From Podarcis bocagei (Eukaryota): DNA of 64,000 nt. Positions 55,501 through 64,000 of this stretch are shown here, in pieces. A program made the position numbers and the translations under genes. The notes under the pieces were generated by a model that saw only the letters and a program-made list of their open reading frames with translations, was not told where the DNA came from and did not search any database. The number at the start of each line of letters is the position of its first letter. Position 1 is the stretch's first letter. The DNA is taken from assembly GCA_964188305.1 (NCBI GenBank), contig OZ076885.1; one strand, given 5' to 3'.

Positions 55501-55756
55501 CAACAAAAAGCCCGTTATATACACTCGTGCAAGTTGTATGTGTGCGTGGTACAGTGTCATGTTGTATACATTTATATACACACACCTTCGTGTACTCTGT
55601 CCCATACATACGACACACACACACCTGTTTTACTACTGGATCAAACAGAGAACTTTTAACTCCTGCCAAACGCCCTCTCTCATATATAACTTTAGGAATA
55701 TTTGTAAGGCGACATTTCAACAATACAACGTAAAGCAAAATAAAAGCACCAGGTGA

Positions 55757-55808
<52 letters not shown>

Positions 55809-55810
55809 AC
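55757..55810. repeat. Compound (CT)n(CA)n microsatellite
   Basis: Read directly from the sequence. Confidence 0.95.
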
Positions 55811-56142
55811 AATGCCTGGCTAAGTGACATGCAATTTTTCAGAGACAAACCAGATTTACAATAGAAGATTGAAAGATCTTCAAAATAAATTACATCAAAC
55901 CCATCTTAATTTTTTTTTAAAAAAAGATCCTTCTTCAAAAATGACAAACAAGAAGCACCACTTATGAAAAAAAAGGGGGGGGACTAGCGCTCCCACCAAA
56001 CCACCTTGCTGCCTCCCTACCATCTCTGCAAAGTATGCTTAAAACTGCGGTTGAAGGCAGTTTCCCTGAGATTAAAGTTGCGCGAAATAACAACAGAAAA
56101 CGACGACAGTAATACAAAAGAAAATACGTTCTGGGAACTTAC

Positions 56143-56440
56143 TTTGCGTTTACTTTAGGCACTATTCTTTTCTTCCAGCTCGCAAAGGAAGCCGTTTTGT
56201 CCAGGTTAGGTATTGTCTACTTATGAATCAGCCCGTGGCTACGGGGTTTATTTTAATTTATGGCTTATGCATTCTTTTAAGGTCGATTTGCATGACCTCC
56301 GGCGAGAGCTAAGACACAGCAAGAAATCCCCAGCTGAATGTTGGGCGAGCCCACAATGCAGCCAAGAGCTCCCCTTCTCATGGTGTAAGCAGAGCCCTGT
56401 GTGTTGTTGGGCTCTCACTCTTTTTTCTCTCTCTCCCCCT
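56143..56440 (-). other. Candidate alternative first exon
   Basis: Donor CAAA|GTAAGT (last exon base 56143) in the promoter cluster; 5' boundary is a guess. Confidence 0.35.
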
Positions 56441-56554
56441 CCCTGTGGAACACAAATTAGGGTGTGATATCAATTTTAAAGTTTTCAGTATAACTTTATC
56501 CCAGCCTCTGCCTGCGGAGAGATAAGGCACCACAGGAACAGCAAATCCTCGATA

Positions 56555-56598
56555 CACTGCCCCTCTGTGGTCAAATCCAGCATTACCACCTAGCGGTA
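56555..56598 (-). promoter_or_regulatory. CTCF-like motif pair
   Basis: Minus strand has CCGCTAGGTGGTA (56583-56598) and a weaker CCACAGAGGGGCAG (56555-56573), both resembling the CTCF core. Confidence 0.3.
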
Positions 56599-57075
56599 TA
56601 ATACTCTCTCCCCCCCCCCCCCTTTCTCTTAAGGATCTGTTCTACAGATATATAAGCACACTAGCAGCGAACTTCTCGGCAAGTTTAACCACCACAAAGT
56701 TAACAGAGAAATTAGAGGCGCTAGCAAAGCCCCCTTGTTCCTTCATCCTTACTATCTCCAAGGGTGAGGACTTCGGAGGAATGGCAGAAGCTTTAGGCTC
56801 CCAAAGATTGATTTAAGGGCTTTATATTTTTCCTCGCTCGCCTGCCTCTGTTGGTATCACTCTTACGCGCAGTATCTCTAGAGCGCCATGTGTTCGCAGG
56901 CAGCGGGTGATCTTAAAATACAACGCTGATCTGTCACTACGTTTTAAAATAGACACACCACTTGGAGGGCGGAAAGGAAAGGGGGTGGGAAGCAGCAGCA
57001 GCAGCAGTGTTGTGATTTCAGAGAGAAGCGGGATCTTTTTTACGCAGCCTCAGGATCCTCCCCAGAGCAACTCAC

Positions 57076-57220
57076 CCCAGGTCAGAAGCGTAAGGACTTT
57101 CTCCACCAGTTCGCCTCTTCCCATCCCATCCCAGTCGGCGCCGCCGCCACCAATACCGCCCTCCCCAAAAAGTCCAGCACTAAGCAGCCGCGCCGGGGAT
57201 TCATTCAGAAATCTCCCTAA
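57076..57220 (-). other. Candidate alternative first exon
   Basis: Donor CTGGG|GTGAGT (last exon base 57076) inside the CpG island. Confidence 0.35.
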
Positions 57221-57529
57221 CTTCACAATCTACCTCCGGACGCCGCTATTGCGGCTGCTGCTAATGCTGCTGCTGCTTTGGTCAATTGCAACCAGCAAGC
57301 CCTTAAAAGACAGCGGGGAGGGGGGGGGGAGAGAAACAATACCGTATTCTCTGGTATAAAGCGACACATACAAAACGTGGAAGCCCCTTTTCAAAACACG
57401 ACTAAGGAACGCGTCCGCCGTCTCTCCCCCCCCCCCCAGCCCAACCAGGCTGCGCACCACACACGACCAAGTCCACAACAGGTATCAGCAACACAACGAG
57501 CGCTGCGCCGGTTTGCTTTTCCTAGTTAC

Positions 57530-57890
57530 CTCCTTCGAGATCCAGTGTGGCGTTTTATAAGCCTTGGGGGTCCTTCCTTTAAAAACAATAACAACAATAA
57601 ACAAACAAACAAACTGCCGTAGCCGGACGGAAGGAAGGAAAAGGTGAATGAGTGTCTGTAGGGCTGGATAAACAAGCTGCAGAAATACTAACGAAAGGAA
57701 TAAATTCACTGAGCTACTGGCTGGCTGCGTTTCTTCGGGCCACGGATGCGCAGGATCCAGATCGTCAGGAGAAGTTTGCTGACGGGTTGCCTGGAGATTT
57801 AGTTACAATCGGGTTCATTATTGTTTGTTGTTGGGCTTGGCTTCCCCCTCCCTGCTCCCCCCGCCTCTCTCTCTTTTTCTCTCTCTCCCC
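57530..57890 (-). other. ENOX1: Non-coding first exon (5' UTR) of a minus-strand gene, probably ENOX1
   Basis: Lies in a CpG island and ends in a minus-strand donor GAAGGAG|GTAACT (last exon base 57530). The sequence ACAATAATGAACCCGATTGTAACTAAA..CCAGGCAACCCGTCAGCAAACTTCTCC..ACGCCACACTGGATC resembles my recollection of the amniote ENOX1 5' UTR (not database-verified). TSS position is approximate. Confidence 0.6.
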
Positions 57891-58913
57891 TCCTGATACA
57901 AGCGAAGGCGCTGGTTTACTGCTGTCAATCTTGGCAATCAACGTGAGCGGCCATGTCGTAAGTATTCAAAGCATTTCCCGTCGTGCAACATCAGAAAGTG
58001 AGTGGCCAGGAGCATTGATCGGAGGAAGGCGAAAGGAGGCAGGGCTGCTATATCGCCGCCGCCGCCGCCGCTTCTCTCTTCTTACCCCCACCCCCGACGG
58101 CAAGGCAAGACGAGGCAACAACACACACCAACAAGCACACAGCCGGGAGGCAGGGAGGGAGCGGTAAAGGGGGGGGGGAGCGTGGAACCGAACGACCCAG
58201 GAGAAAGTGAGCACAAAAGAGAAAGTGAAATATCATTTTCTCTCCCTCCCTCTCCCCTCTCCTCCCCCCCACAACAGGGGCGCGCGCGCACTCCTAGCCA
58301 CAATCCACACCCCCCCCCCCGCTTCCCCCTTCCTTCGCAGTCGCCACTCATCACAGAGCGGTTGGCAGACGGCTGCAGTCCTACGCGCTCTTTCCTGGGA
58401 GTAAACACTTTGGGGCACAGCGGGACAATCCGCAGCCTTCCGGGCTGCTAGATTCTTAAGCGCGCATCTCTGAACATAGTTCGCGCTGAAGTTAATCAGA
58501 TTTGCTTTCAAGTAAACGTGTTCAGCGTTTAGTGACGCTTCACCTCCCCCTCCCCCTCTTGGGGGCTTTGGTTTTAAGGGAACTTAAGACTCCCGTGGCA
58601 AATGTGTCAGTCGGACTGTCAGCCGTGCAACCGCATTCTGTGCGTGTTTACTTCGAAGTAAGCCCCGCTATGTTCCGTCAATGACGCTCACTGCCAAACG
58701 CGTGTGTGAAGAATTAAAGTTATACCCATTCATTTCAATAGAACTTCCTGTCAAGGAAGCAACTGGGGGAATCCTGCCAAAAGTAAGGACATTCATTTAA
58801 ATGAGAGCTTTAAGCAAGTGCTTAATTTTGGCTGCATCGTGCCCTCCTGGTTGCTTCCGTTGAGTTCCACTGATTTATCTGGATCTTATGTGCAGATGGG
58901 TTAATTAAACCTC

Positions 58914-61900
58914 CATCCTAAGAATATTTATACAGACGTAAATCCCACTATATAGGATTACAGCCGCGCTGCCAGATCCTATGCTTATTTACTCAGAAGC
59001 TTCCGGCTGATTTCAGTGGGATTTACTTAGGTCATGCTGCGCGCGCTTTTAACCTTCGGTGCTATTCTAACCACGCTCACTTGCAAGCAAGTCCCGTTGA
59101 AATCAATAGGAATTACTTTCAAGGCAACTGATGTTTAGCCTTCAATCCTATGCCCCACTTACTTACTTGAAGCAAATGAGTCTTTCTTCTGAGTAGACGT
59201 ATACAGGAGGGCGCTATTAGGTTGGGATAGGAAGGAACCCACATTGACTTTAAACACAACTGCACGCCGATCCTCCTACATAAACTTACCTGGATGTGCC
59301 GCTGAGTTCATTTGGACATTCAGTAAATGCGTTTAAGAGTTGCTGCGTTGTTCCCTTGACTGAAATCAATGGGGCTTACTCGCAGGGAGGTGCGTAAAAG
59401 CTATGATACGGCATGATTTTTTGAATCTATCGAGCCATGGTGCTTAAGAATGGGATCTTGTAGACGTACTTACTTGAGTTGCACGACTAACACTGACCGG
59501 TAAGGCAAGGCTTAATGGAAAACTGGAGAGGGGAAGGGGGTGGCCCAGTGGGTCAAAAGGGGGAGCGGGGCGGGGAGGACCCTTCCTTCCAAGAGAAGTG
59601 ACTGCAGGGTTTTTCCTTCCCGCGCATTATGTACTGGAACTTTTAGGGGAAGACAAGGTAGAGGGTGCGAGAACAGAAGAAAGGCGGAGAGGAGCCGGGA
59701 ATAAGAGGGAGGTCAGCAGAGAAACTAGAAGGAGGGAAGACACAGAGGCTCATATAGGAAATGCGGCCTGCAATCCTAAACCCCGCTGGGAAGCGCTCGT
59801 CCGCAGGCTTACATAGAAATAAGTCTCGCCAACCTCGGTGAGTCTCACAACTTAGTAACTCTGCACAGAATCGCAGTGAGCTTTACGGACTGACTTCCTG
59901 GGAATGCTCTTCAGGATGCTCAGGTGGCGGAGAGAGTTGTAAAAGAAGACTTAGGCTGGCTGCAAAGTTTCTCTCGCACTCTTACTTTGGAAGAAGTTCC
60001 GTTGACAACAGTGGGGCTTACTCCGGAGTAAGTACATACAGCAGAAGGCTGCTAGAAGTCACTCGAAACTCGAGAAGGCAAGGTCAGGTGGCAGGCTGCG
60101 GTCTTCGGCACTCGCACTTGGTCACAGAAATCCAAAGAGTTTACTCGGACTAACCCTAAACTAACTTACCCGGGACTTGCTTCTGCGTAGACACGGTTAG
60201 CTAGGATTGCGGTATTACTTCCTATTCCCTTACTTAACATCAACTACGGATAGGTTCGGGGTGCGCTAGAGATGCAAGGCGGCAGTTCACTAGAAGGAGG
60301 AAGAGGGGTGTGTGTTTTTTAGAGTTTTGGGTCGAGCTGAAGAACTCCGCTGAATTCAACTCTCTCAAAGTGGCCCCTTCGACTTTCGCTGGGCGGAATC
60401 GCGACTTGCGAAGTGTTCCGAAGGCACATGAGGCCCCCGCTGGGCTGAAGCTAAGCAGGACCGAGAAAGGGCGAACGTCTGCATGGGAGACCGCATGGGA
60501 AGCACGTGTACGCCGTCCTGGGTTCCGCGATGGAGGAAAGAGGGGATATTATAAACAGAGTAATAAACATTAATTGATACGCGGGTGCTGGGCGGTCGCA
60601 AAGGAACACTGGCGCATAGCTCGAAGCGGGCCAAGAGAACAGGACCCTAAGTTATGGGTTCAAGCTGAACTGCTGGTTTGCTGTTCCTGAGGGTGCATCG
60701 CCCGAAAACCAACGGGAGGAGGCATTTGAGGAACTTTCACTTCCTTAGAAGTGTTAATTAGAAGCCGAGGCTGGGGAAGAGAAGTAGAACTGTGAAGAGA
60801 TGGAGAGAATAAATCCAAAAGAGGGGTGTGGGTGTTTAATGTTGCATGAAAGAGAAAAGTCTCTCAATCATTTTCTTTTTAGGAATTTTTTTTAAAAGGT
60901 GTGTGGGGCAGTCAACCCTTGAAAGAGGCTTTTCAAAGTGCCAGGAGGCGCCGGGATCATGTGAGCAACCACCAGTGGAAAAACTTAGCGCGCCTCTCTC
61001 GCCCTTTTGATATTCTTCGCACCTCGACGCAAGGGGATGCGAGGCGGAGGGCGCGCGGGGGGCAGCCGCCTCCCCCCCCCCAGGCCCCCAAAACAGAAGA
61101 GGCGCTTTGTGGGTCCGCCTTTGTGCTTGGGGGCCAGGCCGGTCCCATCACCACCTACTGCTTTCGCAGATCAAGACGGGGGAACTTTTCTGTTTCCAAA
61201 ATAGCTGCACGCGTTTCCAAAAGGCCAAGAATGGAGCATCACTGCTGTGTCTGAAGTCCCCAAATGGGCGGGTTTGGTTGGGATCCCAGCACCTACCTGG
61301 GCAGAGCGCTCGGCGCAATATAGTCAGCCACCCAAATCCTAGGGATGAACAGCGAAACAGCGAACTTGCCCTAATCTGGTTTCATTTCAATTCACGTGGG
61401 GAGATTGATCTTTCAAAACTTAATGAAAGCGTTTCTTCTTTTCTCATCCGCTAACAAGACCACGTAAAATATTCTGGCCCATTTAAATGCGCGTTTCGGA
61501 GGAATAAGTAGTTTTAAGTTTGCAACCCTATGTACACTTACCTTAGAGTAAGTCCACTTACATTCAATTGAACTTGCTTCTGGGTAGACATATAAAGGGT
61601 TGCTCTGAAAAAGTCGGGATCGCTAGAAATTTTCTAGTTCTTGTTTACATTTTAATTCTGATATTCCTCCCCAGTTAAAAAGGCAGTCCTTTGCTAACCT
61701 GCATTCCTGTTTCTCTTCCCGCGTTTTAATTTATCCGGTTCTTCTGCACAGCTTTTTTCCTCAAAATTTCCTAAACTGCACATCTACAACACATCCTAAT
61801 TTTGACTATTCCTTTCCTTTCATTCAAATTGTTTTCTTACCAACAAAGTTTGCACCTAGCGCCTTTCACGATTTTCACTAAACTTATTTATCCTAGTTTA

Positions 61901-63560
61901 GTTTATACATTATCATGAGGGAGACTCGTGCATTTTTAAAAACCCACATTTTAATTGCCATAAAGTCTGAGATTCTTTTTCCAATCTTGTGTTAATAAAT
62001 CGACACACAAATTATTAAGATGTATATGGAGCAACATTTCTTCCCCCATCGAGTGATAAGATCTAAAACAAATCCCTTGCTGTTGAGAGACTTGTGTGAT
62101 TCGTAAACTTGCCTACTCCTGCACCCAAAATACGCACAAAGTCTAAGAAGAGACTTAATTTTACCTGCAGTGTCCCCTCCCCCCAACACCCCGATTCCAA
62201 CCTGGCTAGCCTTTCCTTGCAGCGAGATCTATAAGAAAACGACCCAAATGCGCACTTTGCGAGGGAACGCCGGCTGCTGCCTGATGCTCTGCCCTCGGAT
62301 GCCTGCATTACCGAGCCCTGTCGGGCGTGTTGTGTCAATCAATGCACGGAAGAAGCATCAGGTGGGAGATGCACCAGGAACCAAACTCATGTCCATGCAG
62401 GCGACTGGGGAGCATCTTTTGCAGCGCCGGAGGCTGAGAGCGCACGACAAATATTTCCAAACTTAGGGAGAACAAAACTCGCCCGCGGGAGACATTTGGA
62501 ATTTTTGCAACCCCGGGGTGACGATTCTTTTAGTTATATCAAAGTGCGGAAATCAGAATTAAACAGATCAAGAGGTACACAGACGTATCCCGGCACTGCG
62601 CTGCCCTCAGGGTAGAATTCAACACGCCAGTCTGGCTGAGCCCTACTCTAAACACTGCGCAATGGGAATAAGTCCCATATTGCCGTTATTCGGCCTCATT
62701 TTAAGGAGGGGGGGAAAGTCATCCCAGAGAAGTGACTGCGAGCTGCTAAGGAATCGGATGCCGGTCTCCGAAGAAGGCTTTTTGATCTGAACGGGACTTT
62801 CCCCTACTGGAAGCTGAAGGAATCCCGGCAGGGCTTTGGAGAATAAAAACTAAAAACCCCAGTGCCTCTACCAGGCGATTTCATGCCGATCATCCAGCCA
62901 CAGTCTTAGTGCTGGGCTGCTGAATCGGATGAAGAGGAGACGAGCAAGATTCGGACTTGCTACCACGTGCGGCCCAAATCCTATGCACACAGTTAGGAGC
63001 GCCTATGCCGCTAGAAACTTCTGCAGGACCTTCAACTTTTCTGAGATCAAGGTTAGGAAGGGAGAGATGTTCTGTTCTCGCAAGACTTTCTACAAATGGT
63101 GCAGAATCTCTCTCTTCCCTGACACTGCTGACTCACACAGGAGAACTGAGGGAGGCACACTTGCCACCCTCAACACGCTGCCTCGCAGACAAGTCTCCCC
63201 AAAACCTAAGGCCTCCCAAGTCCAGGTGTGTAACATCTCCGGTGCCCCCGTCTAGAAGCACATGGATGATCTAAAACCACGTTCATTCTATGAAAGCACA
63301 ACAAGGCGTGAGGCTACGATCCTAACCGCTCCCTCGTTACTTGAGAGTAAATCCCGCTGAAGCTGGCAGGGCTAACTGGGCAAGGATGCTTTGCTTGGAA
63401 GAAAGGCTGCAGTCTTAAACAGTTTTATTAGGGGCAGCAAGTTTCCACTGAGCTCAGGTTAACATGTCGGAGTAAATTTAAGTAGGACCGGGCGCAACTC
63501 AACGGGGTTCAGCTGCCAGTAAAGTTTTGTGGAAAACTTACCCCACTGGGTAAAGTCTAC
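58914..63560. repeat. Cluster of ~15 diverged ~85-bp palindromic mini-elements
   Basis: Recurring pattern (gc)aatccta..acttac..gagtaagtccc..tga..tca..gggacttac..gagta..taggattgc. Cleanest copy is 61522-61603 (GCAACCCT...AGGGTTGC). Confidence 0.75.
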
Positions 63561-64000
63561 TCTCTTTTTTATTTCTCTTTTTTACAGGCTGAGGAAAATA
63601 ACTCGAGGAAGAAGGAGTAATAAGAAAAGCAACTTTTTAATTAATTAAAAGAGAATGATGTTCAATGGACCAATTTAGGAATAAAATCGCACGATTGGCA
63701 AAAAAAAAAGTTAAGTCAGGCAAAAAGCGAGCACATGGTTCTCTTACAGGCCGACCCAGAAGTTGTTCTGAATCCCCAGACAGCGCAAAACTCCCTCCCC
63801 AAGGCGATTTGCATCTGTGGGAGCAGAAGGACCCCAACCCCATATAACTCACCGGACACGCATCCCCTCTGCATCCACACAGCCTAAGACAACAAAATCT
63901 AATCATCCCTCCAGTCGGCTATTGGCAGGATGCGCGGTATTGTCCCTTGAGCGGAAGTGGCACTTTTGAGTTCATCTACAACGCTTGAGAGGGATCGACC

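Larger units (their letters stand above)
56850..58720. promoter_or_regulatory. Main CpG-island promoter
   Basis: High GC and CpG density, (GCC)n run at ~58054-58071, GA/CT-rich tracts. Motif cluster at 57920-57960 (TGACAG/TGATTG TALE-like, TTGGCA NFI half-site, ATGGCCGC YY1-like). Confidence 0.85.

Noticed and set aside
52783-58511. Many 100-184 aa ORFs over the CpG islands
   Set aside because: Low-complexity, overlapping in several frames, often non-ATG starts, no recognisable domain; expected from GC content.
58914-60212. Repeat cluster as a CRISPR-like array
   Set aside because: Eukaryotic DNA; units are long, diverged and irregularly spaced; no cas genes.

Overview
Vertebrate genomic DNA, almost certainly from a squamate reptile. 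A full-length Sauria SINE with an (ACCTTT)n tail plus the MITE families point to a lacertid-like lizard. I find no convincing host protein-coding exon. The window looks like the 5' end of a large minus-strand gene: a CpG-island promoter cluster at ~52.8-58.7 kb with several minus-strand splice donors, a ~38.5 kb first intron and a 67-nt non-coding exon at 18956-19022. From memory, the exon 1 and exon 2 sequences resemble the ENOX1 5' UTR; this is unverified. The rest is intron or upstream DNA with many transposon copies: a young CR1, old L2 fragments, SINEs, a solo LTR, and Tc1/pogo- and hAT-type MITEs. Three things stand out. (1) A 734-bp hAT element with perfect TIRs and TSD appears to carry a captured CpG-island first-exon fragment encoding a polyQ/polyP N-terminus (Pack-TIR-like). 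(2) A 134-bp Penelope-derived insertion with a 13-bp TSD carries an intact minimal hammerhead ribozyme core in the host's sense orientation. (3) About 15 diverged ~85-bp palindromic mini-elements cluster directly upstream of the promoter. Almost all ORFs in the supplied track appear spurious.
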